Assembly: GCA_965215005.1 (NCBI GenBank)
Contig: CBDCCZ010000042.1
Span: 64,001-128,000 of the forward strand
Length of the DNA stretch: 64,000 nt
Direction: 5' to 3'
From: Kofleriaceae bacterium
GTDB lineage: Bacteria > Myxococcota_A > Polyangia > Haliangiales > Haliangiaceae
A program made the position numbers and the translations under genes. Numbering within the stretch: the stretch's first letter is position 1; every line of letters starts with the position of its first letter. This document shows, piece by piece, positions 1 through 26,431 of this stretch. The notes under the pieces were generated by a model that saw nothing but the letters and a program-made list of their open reading frames with translations, was not told where the DNA came from and searched no databases.

Positions 1-109
1 AGGCAATCGGCAGGCTGCGTGAGTCCACGATGGAAGGCACCAGCACGCAGATCGCCAGCACCGTGAGGAGCGCTAGCCAGAAGGTTCGCCACTTGAGCTT
101 TCGGTCCAT
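1..109 (-). CDS. secD: Protein translocase subunit SecD, 5' end (truncated by window edge)
   Basis: ATG at 109 with GGGGGAGA upstream; MDRKLKWRTFWLALLTVLAICVLVPS is a TM segment; follows yajC in the conserved queA-tgt-yajC-secD order. Confidence 0.75.
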   Translation of the reverse strand, partial: MDRKLKWRTFWLALLTVLAICVLVPSIVDSRSLPIA

Positions 110-171
110 ATCTCCCCCTGCGAAGCCGCCCACGCGGGCGAGCTCCGAGGAAACGACGCGCGGTAGATCGG

Positions 172-471
172 TTAGGCGGCCTTGGCTTCCGAGCCGGGGC
201 CTTTGACCGCGGCCGGATCATACTTGCCGTCGACATATGTCCGCAGGACCCGCACCCGGACCTTCTCCTGCAGCTCGACGGTGAGAACGTTATCGGCGAT
301 GCCGGACACTTTGCCGATCAACCCACCGCGGGTAATGACCATGTCGCCCTTTTCGAGCTTGGTCAGCATTGCCTGATGCTGACGCTGCTTCTTCACCTGC
401 GGTCGGATCAGGATGAAGTAGAAGACGCCAAACATCAGAAGCATCATGACGATGGGTTGCGCTGCAGCCAC
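172..471 (-). CDS. yajC: Preprotein translocase subunit YajC
   Basis: FYFILIRPQVKKQRQHQAML..LEKGDMVITRGGLIGKV; GTG start at 471 after GAGGAG. Confidence 0.95.
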   Translation of the reverse strand: MAAAQPIVMMLLMFGVFYFILIRPQVKKQRQHQAMLTKLEKGDMVITRGGLIGKVSGIADNVLTVELQEKVRVRVLRTYVDGKYDPAAVKGPGSEAKAA

Positions 472-575
472 GACTCTCTCCTCGTCGAACGAACCGCTCG
501 ACCGCCACCAGTGACGATCACGCGGAGACAATAACCCTAAAAGACGCGATGACTTAGCATTCACGGCCGCCGGGG

Positions 576-2686
<2,111 letters not shown>

Positions 2687-2849
2687 GGGTGTCCTACGGG
2701 GCCACGGCGGAAGCCGTGTGGCGAAATCGATCCTGGAGCAGACGCCGCAAACGGGTCACGAACAGCACGGCTCGCCCCGGGTGAAAGCCTCGACTCCTGC
2801 GGCGACGTACTACTACCTGACGCGGCGGTCCGGGTAAAGTGACAGCGTC

Positions 2850-5423
2850 ATGCCTCGCCATTTTGAAGGGGCTCCGCATCATGGGGTGAGTCTGAGCGGT
2901 GCGCTGCTCGCAATGCTCGTGAGCAGCGCCTCCGCAGACCCCCCCGACGCGCTCGCGCCGCAGCAGGCGGATCTCGATGGCGACGGCCACGACGACGTGA
3001 TCGCGGTCAGCGCCGAGCCGCCGAGATTGCGGGTGCAGCTTTCCACCGGTGGCAGCTTCGTCGCGCCGGTGACCGGAGCCATCGACAGCGCCCGCATCGA
3101 GATCGCAGCAGCGAGCTCGACTCGCCCTGCCATCGCCGTTGCGCGTATCGAGCGCCGCGACCAACCCGCGGAGGCCATCGTTCTCACCCTACGCGACGAA
3201 CGAGTCGAGGAGCTGTGGCGGGGGGAGGTTGGCGCGCTCGGTGATGACGGCGAAGGCGCGATGGAGGTGGCGATCACCGATGCCGGTCTACTCCGCTACC
3301 AGACCCGTCCCGGCGTAGAGCGTTGCGACGGCCAGCCGGCGCGGTTGTTCACGGAGGGCTGGGATTTCTCCTCCGGCCGCTTTCGGGCGATCTATAACCC
3401 AACAGGGCTGCCGGCTGATGCCGAAGAGCTTCAAGCGAGCTCCCAGCCGCCGATGCCGCAGTCGCCGGAGCTCTCGGCGGTGTTCCGCGCCACCGCCGCT
3501 TCGACGCAGCGTGGTGCCGGCGACGCTCGTGAACTCACGGCACCGATCGAGCTCGATGACGGCAATCCGGCGACCGCCTGGCGCGAGAGCGTTGGCGGCA
3601 ACGGTCGCGGTGAGTTCCTCACGTTCCGGGCACGCGCCGATCGAGCACGGGTTGCAGCGCTGCGCATCGTTCCCGGCGACGCCGCCAGCAGCGCCGCGTG
3701 GAAGGCGGCGAACCGGCTGCGCCGAATCGGCATCGTGCTTGGACCCCAGCAGGCGTACTGGGTACGCTTTTCCGATTCAGCGGCCAAGCCGGGCGCGGCC
3801 TTTTGGGTCACACTGCCGGAGCCGGTGGCGACCCGCTGCGTGACCGTGGTGCTCGACGCGACCTACCGCGGCACGGCAACGCCCCGAGGTAGCGGCGAGA
3901 CCGCCATTTCTGAGCTGACGGTGCTCACGGAGCTCGACCTGGCTCCAGGCGGAGCCGACGCGGCACTCGCCGCCGAGGTGGCGCGCGGCGGCTCGGAGGG
4001 GCGTCAGGCAGCCAGAATTCTGGCTTCTCGTTCCGGTGGCGCAGCGGCCCTCGCAGCCGCCCTTGCCAGCGCCTCGACGCCAGCGGCGCAGCTGCGGCTA
4101 CGGCTGGCGCTGGCGGCAAGCCAGGCGCCCGACGCCCGCGAGCTCGCCGCCGGCCTGGCCATGGCCGAGGCCACCGGTGCCGATCGCGCGGCACTCACCG
4201 CGGCACTGGTTCGACTCGGCGCCGCCGCCCTTCCCGGACTGGCGGCACTCCTTACCGACGCCGAGGCGCCACTGGCGGCGCGGACAGCCGCCGCCGACGC
4301 GCTAGCCACCCTAGGAGCCGCGGCGCGCCCGGCGCTATTGACCGCCGCCGGAGCCGGTCCTCGTGGTCTCCGCGTGGCGGTGAGCAAGGCGCTGGCCGCA
4401 CCGGAAGATGCCCAACCGGCCCTGCTTGCGGCCGCCACCGACAGCGCGGCTCCGGCCGCCGAAGCCGATCTCTGGCGTGCCATCGAGCTCGCGGGACGGG
4501 CCCACGGCTTTGATAGCAGTGTCGTGGCATCGGCGGCAGCGAGGCTCGAGGGCGCCACCGCGTACGAGCTTCGCTATCGGCTGCTGGCGCTGGTCGCCAC
4601 GGCCGGCGACGGGGCCGCGCTGCAAGCGGCGTGGCGGGTGCTCTCGAGCCTTCCAGAGGACGCAGGCGGCGAGGCGTTGCGGCGCGTGGCCGCCGAAGCG
4701 CTGGCTGATAATCCGGCTCCGGCGGCGCGAGCGCTGTTGGTCCGGCTGGCCGATAACGCCGACCCAGGCGTGCGGCTCGCGGTGGCAGCGGCGCTCGGGC
4801 AACGCGCCGACGCCGATGCCAACAGCGATGCGCTGCTCGTCAACCGCCTCCGCAGCGATGGCTGGCCGGCGGTGCGGAGACGCGCGGCTGCGGCATTGAC
4901 GCCGCGTTGCCAGCGCTCGGCGCCCGTGGCCGAGGCGCTAGAGGCAGCGCTCCGTGACCGAGCGCTGCCGGTTCGTCGCGAGGCGCTGCTGGCGCTGGTG
5001 GCGTGCCGCGCGCCGCGCATCGAGCAGACGCTCGAGCGCGTGGCTCTCGATGCCGCGGCGGCGATGGCGCTGCGCGAAGTGGCCGTCCTCGCGATACCGC
5101 GCCTCGGTGAGCGCGCAACTCTCGAGCCGCTGCTCAAGGTCTTCGCGGCCGCGCGCCAAGCCGCGTGGTCGGACCCGCGCGCGCCGCGGCTCGCCGCCGC
5201 CGCGTTGACCGCGATGGGCCAGCTCGGCGGCCGCTCCGCCAGTCGCACCATCCTAGCCGCCGCCCGCGACGCCTCGTTCCCGGAAATTCAGGCCGCCGCC
5301 GTCACCGCCGCGGGCACGTTGTGCCCCGAGGGCGCCCTGCCCGTCCTCACCGGACTCTCGAGCAGCAGCGAGCCGTCGGTCGCGGTTGCCGCGCGTGCCG
5401 CACTCCGCCGCTGCAAGCGGTGA
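2850..5423 (+). CDS. Secreted protein with FG-GAP-like motif, discoidin-like domain and C-terminal HEAT repeats
   Basis: Signal-like N-terminus; DLDGDGHDDVI; LDDGNPATAWRE; repeated D..VR..AA.AL HEAT units. Confidence 0.7.
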   Translation: MPRHFEGAPHHGVSLSGALLAMLVSSASADPPDALAPQQADLDGDGHDDVIAVSAEPPRLRVQLSTGGSFVAPVTGAIDSARIEIAAASSTRPAIAVARIERRDQPAEAIVLTLRDERVEELWRGEVGALGDDGEGAMEVAITDAGLLRYQTRPGVERCDGQPARLFTEGWDFSSGRFRAIYNPTGLPADAEELQASSQPPMPQSPELSAVFRATAASTQRGAGDARELTAPIELDDGNPATAWRESVGGNGRGEFLTFRARADRARVAALRIVPGDAASSAAWKAANRLRRIGIVLGPQQAYWVRFSDSAAKPGAAFWVTLPEPVATRCVTVVLDATYRGTATPRGSGETAISELTVLTELDLAPGGADAALAAEVARGGSEGRQAARILASRSGGAAALAAALASASTPAAQLRLRLALAASQAPDARELAAGLAMAEATGADRAALTAALVRLGAAALPGLAALLTDAEAPLAARTAAADALATLGAAARPALLTAAGAGPRGLRVAVSKALAAPEDAQPALLAAATDSAAPAAEADLWRAIELAGRAHGFDSSVVASAAARLEGATAYELRYRLLALVATAGDGAALQAAWRVLSSLPEDAGGEALRRVAAEALADNPAPAARALLVRLADNADPGVRLAVAAALGQRADADANSDALLVNRLRSDGWPAVRRRAAAALTPRCQRSAPVAEALEAALRDRALPVRREALLALVACRAPRIEQTLERVALDAAAAMALREVAVLAIPRLGERATLEPLLKVFAAARQAAWSDPRAPRLAAAALTAMGQLGGRSASRTILAAARDASFPEIQAAAVTAAGTLCPEGALPVLTGLSSSSEPSVAVAARAALRRCKR

Positions 5424-5435
5424 GCCGGACCGAGC

Positions 5436-16697
<11,262 letters not shown>

Positions 16698-17148
16698 GCG
16701 TCCATCCTGGCGAGATCCACCGGCGATAGAGGTTGCTGGTGGAGTGGGGGCATCGATGGTAACCAGCCCGATTGGCCGGCACAACGCACCAGCGGCGGCG
16801 AATTCTTGGCCCCGCGTGGCGTGGCGCTGCCAGCATGTCGCACCTTCTGCGCCAGACATGCGACGTCGGACAACCACCAGCCGTCCGTGTAGTGAGAGGA
16901 CGCTGCAGACTCTTGACGCGGCCGCGCGAGTGCTTCCGAGAGTCGGCGCAAACCAAGCGACCTCGAGGCGCCCGCGGCGATACACGTCTCCGCGTTCTCG
17001 CGCCGCTCGCTCACCGCGACTGGTCCACTGCCTCGGTCCGCGCGGCCGTGCCGGCCGGTGCTCGCCCCGCACGCTCCAGGCGAGCGCCGGCGGCGCGGCC
17101 GGCCGGCGGCTAGCAGTCTCGGGCGGTCCACGGTAGAACTGCCGCCCC

Positions 17149-18942
17149 GTGCAACACGGCGCGTCTGATATCGACACTCCGGCCATGAGCCCGTGGGCCT
17201 ACGTGCGGCCCTACAAGCTGCTCATCGCGCTGGGCGTTGCGATGCTCGTGGCGACCAACGTGTTGTTCTTGGGCATCCCGGTGATGCTCGGCGAAATCAT
17301 CGACGCGCTCAAAGGCGATGACCCAGCCGCCAAGATTCAACGGCTCGCGATCTGGATGATCGTCTTCGCGCTGGCCACGGCGATCACTCGCATCGTGTCG
17401 CGGGTCGCGCTGTTCAATGCCGCGCGCAAAGCCGAGTACGAGCTGCGCTCCGACCTGTTCGCCCACCTGTTGCGCTTCGAGCCGGCGTTCTATCGCCAAA
17501 ATCCCACCGGCGACCTCATGAGCCGGCTGACCAACGACGTCCAAACCGTGAGGGTCTTGTGGGGCGCCGGCATTCTCAATGTCATCAACACGGTGTGCGC
17601 GTTTGGCGCCGTGTTGGTGATGATGGTCCGCATCGACCCGATGCTCACCTTCTGGGCGATGTTGCCGTACCCGAGCATGGTGCTGCTCGGGCGGATTTTT
17701 GGCCGGCGCATCTATCGCGCCAGTCGCGGCGTGCAGGAGCAGCTCGGCAAGCTCTCGAGCAGCGTCCAGGAAGATCTCACCGGCATCGGCGTGGTCAAGA
17801 CCTACACGTTGGAGCCGCACCGCCGGGCCGGATTTCGCGGCCTCTCAGAGGTGCTGCTGGAGCGCAACATGCGCCTCACCGTCATTCGCGGCCAGCTCGG
17901 CCCGGTGCTAACCGCGCTCGGCTCGCTCGGCACCGTGGTGGTGCTGTGGATCGGCGGCAAGATGGTCATCGGCGACGAGATGACCCTGGGCGATCTCATC
18001 GAGTTCAACACCTATCTCGCGCGGCTGGTGTGGCCAACGCTGGCGCTAGGCTGGATGCTCAGCCTCTATCAACGCGGGCTCGCCTCGTGGGCGCGCCTCG
18101 ATCAACTGCTCGCCGCCGAGCCGACCATCGCCGACGATCCCGCGGCGGCGCCGCCGACGCAGCCGCTGCGCGGCCACCTGCAGGTCCGCGGTCTCACCAT
18201 CACCACCGCCGAGGGCCGGCCGATCCTCGATGACATCCACCTCGAGGTTCCCGCGGGCACCGTCTGCGCCATCGTCGGCCGCACCGGCGCCGGCAAGAGC
18301 ACGCTCATCGAGGCAATGCCGCGGCTCCTCGATGTTCCTGCCGGCACCGTGTTCATCGACGGCTACGACATCACCAAGCTACCGCTCGCGACCTTGCGCC
18401 GCGCGATCGGCTACGCCCCGCAAGAGGCGTTCTTGTTCTCCACGACCATCGCCGGCAACATCGCGTTTGGCTACGAGCGTCACGGCGAGCAGGCCGGAGC
18501 GGCGGGGCTGCAGCGAGCGGCTACCGCGGCCGGCCTGGCCAAGGATCTGGCCTCGCTGCCCGCCGGCTTCGACACCGTGGTGGGCGAGCGCGGCATCACT
18601 CTCTCTGGCGGTCAACGCCAGCGTGTGGCGTTGGCGCGCGCCCTTGCCGCGGCCCCTCCCCTGCTGATCCTCGACGACTCGTTGTCATCGGTCGATGCCG
18701 AGACCGAACGCGAAATCCTCGTTCACCTCACCGAGATCCTCGAGCACCGCACCGCGCTGTTGATTTCGCACCGCGTCGCCGCCGTCAAGCGCGCCGATCA
18801 GATCGTGGTTCTCGACGGCGGTCGCATCGTCGAGCGCGGCACCCATCAGGAGCTGCTCGCTCGCGGCGGCGTGTACAGCGAGGTGTATCAATCGCAGCTC
18901 GACGAGGCGCTTAGCGAAGGCGCCGCCGGGGAGCCGCGATGA
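17149..18942 (+). CDS. ABC exporter, fused TMD-NBD, subunit 1 (MdlA/YheI-like)
   Basis: TM domain; Walker A GRTGAGKS; LSGGQRQR; degenerate Walker B LILDDS. Confidence 0.93.
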   Translation: MQHGASDIDTPAMSPWAYVRPYKLLIALGVAMLVATNVLFLGIPVMLGEIIDALKGDDPAAKIQRLAIWMIVFALATAITRIVSRVALFNAARKAEYELRSDLFAHLLRFEPAFYRQNPTGDLMSRLTNDVQTVRVLWGAGILNVINTVCAFGAVLVMMVRIDPMLTFWAMLPYPSMVLLGRIFGRRIYRASRGVQEQLGKLSSSVQEDLTGIGVVKTYTLEPHRRAGFRGLSEVLLERNMRLTVIRGQLGPVLTALGSLGTVVVLWIGGKMVIGDEMTLGDLIEFNTYLARLVWPTLALGWMLSLYQRGLASWARLDQLLAAEPTIADDPAAAPPTQPLRGHLQVRGLTITTAEGRPILDDIHLEVPAGTVCAIVGRTGAGKSTLIEAMPRLLDVPAGTVFIDGYDITKLPLATLRRAIGYAPQEAFLFSTTIAGNIAFGYERHGEQAGAAGLQRAATAAGLAKDLASLPAGFDTVVGERGITLSGGQRQRVALARALAAAPPLLILDDSLSSVDAETEREILVHLTEILEHRTALLISHRVAAVKRADQIVVLDGGRIVERGTHQELLARGGVYSEVYQSQLDEALSEGAAGEPR

Positions 18943-20855
18943 GCACTCCGCGCCCCAGTCGCGCGACCGCCCTCGCCGGCGAGGAAGTGCTCGGCAAAGC
19001 CTACGACGTGCACCTGATGCGCCGGCTTTGGCAGTTCGTGCGCCTGCACAAGCGACTGCTAGTCATCGGTCTGGCGCTGATTCCCGCCGCGGTTGGCTTC
19101 GAGCTGGTGCAGCCGTACCTGCTGAAACTGGCCATCGAGGACTACATCGGCGAAGGCGATCTCGCCGGACTCGACGGCCTGGCGCTCCTTTACGTCGCGT
19201 GCGTGCTCGGCCAAGGCGTGATGAGCTATGCCCAGCTCTACGCGCTCCAGCTGCTGGGGCAGCGCTCGATGCACGATTTGCGGCTCGCCATCTACTCGCA
19301 CGTGCTCGGTCAACGCTCCGCGTTCTTCGACCGCATGCCGGTCGGCCGCCTGATGACGCGCATGACCAACGACATCGAGAGCATCAACGAGATGTTCGCC
19401 AGCGGCGTCATCACGCTCATCGCCGACCTGGTCAAGCTGGTTGGCATCGTGGTCATCATGTTTTGGCTCAACGCCCGCCTGACGCTGATGACGTTCTTGA
19501 CGCTGCCGCTGTTGGTGTTGGTCATCGACTACGCGCGCCGGCTCATGCGCCGTTCGTTTCGCGAGATCCGCGTCAAGCTGGCGGCGATGAACTCGTACCT
19601 GTCCGAGCACCTCTCGGGCATCAAGGTCGTGCAGCTGTTTGCCCGCGAACGCGCCGCGCTGGCCGAATACAACGAGCTCAACCTGGGCTTTCGCAACGGC
19701 TACTTCGAGGCCATCCGCGCCGACGCGGTCATGTACGCAATGGTCGAGGCCATCGGCTACGTGTCGGTGGCCTGCATCGCGTGGTACGCCGGCGCCAGCC
19801 TCAGCGATGCGCTCAGCGTCGGTCTGGTGGTCGCGTTCATCGAATACATCAACAAGTTCTTCATCCCGATCCGCGATTTCTCCGCCAAGTACGCGGTGAT
19901 GCAAAGCGCCATGGCCTCGACCGAGCGCATCGTGCAGCTGCTCGACACCGACGAGCCGGACGCCCCCATGCGCGCCGCGCCCGCGACCTCCCGCGCCCAC
20001 TCCACCGAGCCCCGCGCCGACGATGCCCGGCCAGCCGCGCTGCCCCCGGCAACCAGCGCCGCGCTCGCCGCCGCCACCGCCGACGCGCGGCAGGTGGCGG
20101 CCATCGCCACGGCGCCACCGATGGTGAGCTTTGCGCACGTCACCTTTGGCTACCGCGCCGATGAGCCGGTGTTGCGCGACGTGAGCTTTGCCATCCCTGC
20201 CGGTCAGCACGTCGCCGTGGTCGGCGCCACCGGCAGCGGCAAGTCGACCCTGATCAAGCTGCTCGCGCGCCTCTACGAGCACGACGACGGCGACATTTGC
20301 CTACGCGGCCGCGACGTCCGCCAGCTGCCGATCGCAGAGCTTCGCCGGCGCCTCACGGTGGTCTCCCAGGACGTGTTCTTGTTCGCCGGCACCGTCGCCG
20401 ACAATGTTCGTCTCGGTCGCCCCGAGGCCAGCGATGCCGCCATCGCCGAGGCTCTCGCGCGGGTCGGCGCGGATCGCATGCTCGCTCGCCGCGGCGCCAC
20501 CCTGGACGAGCCGGTGGCGGAGCGCGGCGGCAACTTCTCCGCAGGCGAGCGGCAGCTCATCGCCTTTGCGCGGGCATTGGTGCGCGATCCCGATGTGCTG
20601 GTTCTCGACGAAGCCACGGCTCACGTCGATCCCGAGGCCGAGTCGTGGATCGAGCGCGGCGTCGCTGAGCTCATGAAGGACCGCACGACCTTGGTCATTG
20701 CTCACCGCCTGTCCACCATCCGCAACGCCGACCAAATTCTCGTCATGGCGCGCGGTCGCATCATCGAGCGAGGCACTCACGATGCGCTCGTCGCCGCCGG
20801 CGGCGTTTATGCAGCCCTCGAGCGGACCTTCTCACGACACTCGGCATCTACGTGA
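18939..20855 (+). CDS. ABC exporter, fused TMD-NBD, subunit 2 (MdlB/YheH-like)
   Basis: GATGSGKS; degenerate signature FSAGERQL; VLDEAT; IAHRLSTI; ATGA overlap with subunit 1, consistent with a heterodimer. Confidence 0.93.
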   Translation: MSTPRPSRATALAGEEVLGKAYDVHLMRRLWQFVRLHKRLLVIGLALIPAAVGFELVQPYLLKLAIEDYIGEGDLAGLDGLALLYVACVLGQGVMSYAQLYALQLLGQRSMHDLRLAIYSHVLGQRSAFFDRMPVGRLMTRMTNDIESINEMFASGVITLIADLVKLVGIVVIMFWLNARLTLMTFLTLPLLVLVIDYARRLMRRSFREIRVKLAAMNSYLSEHLSGIKVVQLFARERAALAEYNELNLGFRNGYFEAIRADAVMYAMVEAIGYVSVACIAWYAGASLSDALSVGLVVAFIEYINKFFIPIRDFSAKYAVMQSAMASTERIVQLLDTDEPDAPMRAAPATSRAHSTEPRADDARPAALPPATSAALAAATADARQVAAIATAPPMVSFAHVTFGYRADEPVLRDVSFAIPAGQHVAVVGATGSGKSTLIKLLARLYEHDDGDICLRGRDVRQLPIAELRRRLTVVSQDVFLFAGTVADNVRLGRPEASDAAIAEALARVGADRMLARRGATLDEPVAERGGNFSAGERQLIAFARALVRDPDVLVLDEATAHVDPEAESWIERGVAELMKDRTTLVIAHRLSTIRNADQILVMARGRIIERGTHDALVAAGGVYAALERTFSRHSAST

Positions 20856-20931
20856 TGGTGCCTACCCTGCTCGGCTAGCCCCTGCGCGTGGCCGCCCAGC
20901 CGCCGACGCGCTTCGCGGTATGATGCACGGG

Positions 20932-24279
<3,348 letters not shown>

Positions 24280-24286
24280 CCGCCGC

Positions 24287-24634
24287 TCACAACGAGCTCG
24301 CGAGCAACGTCACCGACTGCACGTGATAGATGAGCAGCACCGCGGCGTAAACGGCTCCGGCGGTGGCCATGCCGACCATCGCGATACGTCGCTCGCGCAG
24401 CCGGTAGAGCAGCGTCACCCCGAGCGACACCAAGCCAAGCTTGATCGCCATGAACGGCACCGAGCCCCACTCCAGCGACTGCGCCATCAGTGGATTGGCT
24501 TCGACCCCGTTCCCACTGTAGATGATGCCCAAGGTGAAGATGCCGTCGAGAAGGTTGAAGATCAGGATGGCGGCGGCCATCCACAGGGCCCACGGCCGCG
24601 GAGCACATACGGATCGACGAAGAACCTGCGCCAT
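24287..24634 (-). CDS. Small membrane protein, DUF5658-like
   Basis: NLLDGIFT...EANPLM...F..IK motif; three hydrophobic segments. Confidence 0.8.
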   Translation of the reverse strand: MAQVLRRSVCAPRPWALWMAAAILIFNLLDGIFTLGIIYSGNGVEANPLMAQSLEWGSVPFMAIKLGLVSLGVTLLYRLRERRIAMVGMATAGAVYAAVLLIYHVQSVTLLASSL

Positions 24635-24647
24635 GAGTCGCTACAGG

Positions 24648-24663
24648 AGCACGCGCCGTACCA
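24648..24663 (-). promoter_or_regulatory. Putative sigma-54 promoter
   Basis: TGGTACGGCGCGTGCT (GG-N10-GC), ending 14 nt before ATG 24634. Confidence 0.55.
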
Positions 24664-24767
24664 ACACCTACAGCGACGCTAACTAGGCCATTTCTCTGGT
24701 TTCGCCAACTGTCAGCTGGGCAACAGTGCTGCGCAGAGGTGGCGACTTAGGCCGCCGCTTCCCCGCC

Positions 24768-25853
24768 TCAGCCCCCCAGCTCCGTCCCCACCGCCCGCGC
24801 TGCTTTGACCAGCTCGCCCTCGGGATCGATCCGCTTGAGCTTCTTGACCGCCTGCTCGATGGGCTTGGAAACGATCCGTTGGCCTTGGAGGGCCGCGACG
24901 TGTCCGAAGGTGCCGGCGGCGATGAGATCCACCGCCTTGACGCCAAACCGCGTCGCGAGCTCGCGATCGAACGCGCACGGCGTGCCGCCGCGCTGAATGT
25001 GCCCGAGCACCGTCACCCGCACCTCATAGTCGGTGCAGCCCATGATCGCCTCGGCGAGACGTTGACCGGCACCGCCGAGCTTGTCTTGCCGGGTCTCATC
25101 GCCCTTCTCCGCCACCGCGTGCTCGCCGCCTTTGGGTAGCGCGCCCTCGGCGACGCACACCAGCGAGAACGATTGTCCGCGGGCGGCGCGTCGATCGAAG
25201 GCTTTCACGATCCGCTCGACCTCGTACTCGATCTCCGGCACCAAGATGACGTTGGCGCCGCCGGCGAGCCCGGCCGTGAGAGCGATCCAACCCGCGTAGC
25301 GCCCCATGACCTCGCAGATCATGATGCGCTCGTGGCTCTCTGCGGTGGTCTTGAGGCGATCGAGTGCTTCAGCGACCACCTCGACGGCAGTTTGAAACCC
25401 GATGGTGTAATCGGTGGCCTCGAGATCGTTGTCGATGGTTTTAGGCACCCCGACGATGCGCGCACCCCGCTCGAGAAAGCGGCTGCCAAACGACATCGTC
25501 CCGTCGCCACCCACGACCACCAGCCCTTCGAGACCGAGCCGCTTGAGATTTCCCAAGCAGCGCTCGGAGACGTCGTGAATCTCGACGCGGCCGTCGGGCA
25601 ACGTGAGTGGGTAGGCGAATGGATTGGCACGATTGGACGAGCCCAGCATCGTGCCGCCGCGGGTGAGCAACGCGACGGTGTTGGCCTCGGTGAGATCGAT
25701 GTAGTTCTGCTCGTAGAGCCCTTCATAGCCATCACGAATGCCAACCACGTCCCAGCCATGAGTCTCGTGCGCGTGCTTGTACACCGCGCGAATGACCGCA
25801 TTGAGGCCTGGACAGTCGCCGCCCCCCGTGAGGATGCCAATCCGCTTTGTCAT
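24768..25853 (-). CDS. pfkA: 6-phosphofructokinase
   Basis: ILTGGGDCPGLNAVIR, GGDGT, PKTIDND, EVMGR, LGHIQRGG. Confidence 0.95.
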   Translation of the reverse strand: MTKRIGILTGGGDCPGLNAVIRAVYKHAHETHGWDVVGIRDGYEGLYEQNYIDLTEANTVALLTRGGTMLGSSNRANPFAYPLTLPDGRVEIHDVSERCLGNLKRLGLEGLVVVGGDGTMSFGSRFLERGARIVGVPKTIDNDLEATDYTIGFQTAVEVVAEALDRLKTTAESHERIMICEVMGRYAGWIALTAGLAGGANVILVPEIEYEVERIVKAFDRRAARGQSFSLVCVAEGALPKGGEHAVAEKGDETRQDKLGGAGQRLAEAIMGCTDYEVRVTVLGHIQRGGTPCAFDRELATRFGVKAVDLIAAGTFGHVAALQGQRIVSKPIEQAVKKLKRIDPEGELVKAARAVGTELGG

Positions 25854-25917
25854 GGTTTGGTAGTATATGCAGTGACGCTTTGAGACTCACCGCTTCACCC
25901 CCACAAAGTCGGAATTC

Positions 25918-26430
25918 ATGCCCACGCTCGATGATCTAGGCCTGCGGGTTATTCGCTCCCAGATTCACGGCTACGGCGTCATTGCGCTGCGCCGGTTTCG
26001 CGAGGGCGATATCGTGGTCTACGGCGACGGCGTGGTGTGGCGGGAAGACCAGGAGTTCGACGATACCTATTCGCTGATCCTCGCCGGCAGGGATGTCGGC
26101 GAGGACGACGAGGAGGGCGTCCAGCTCTACTTCGACTTGACCGACCAAACGCGGTGGATCAATCACACCTGCGACCCCAACACCGAGGTAGATACCTCGT
26201 GGGATGGGCAACGTGGCGTGGCCAAGGCGTGGTGGGTAGCGCTGCGCGACATCGCTGAAGGCGACGAGCTGAGCTACGACTACGCGTTCTCCGCGCACCT
26301 GGCCGAGCCGTGCACCTGCGGCGTGCAGCGCTGTCGCGGACTGATCGTCGACCCCGACGAGCTGCATCTGGTTCCCGCATCGCTGCGGCACCTTTTGCGC
26401 GGCGCACGCGGCCGGCGCCGCAGCGCTTGA
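25918..26430 (+). CDS. SET-domain protein-lysine methyltransferase with post-SET motif
   Basis: SQIHGYGVIA, RWINHTCDPN, GDELSYDY, CTCGVQRCRG. Confidence 0.9.
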   Translation: MPTLDDLGLRVIRSQIHGYGVIALRRFREGDIVVYGDGVVWREDQEFDDTYSLILAGRDVGEDDEEGVQLYFDLTDQTRWINHTCDPNTEVDTSWDGQRGVAKAWWVALRDIAEGDELSYDYAFSAHLAEPCTCGVQRCRGLIVDPDELHLVPASLRHLLRGARGRRRSA

Positions 26431-26431
26431 A

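Noticed and set aside
16698..17186. N-terminal extension of the 3916-aa ORF
   Set aside because: Arg/Ala/Pro-rich, non-TPR text that overlaps the start of the divergent ABC gene; the real start is probably 16697
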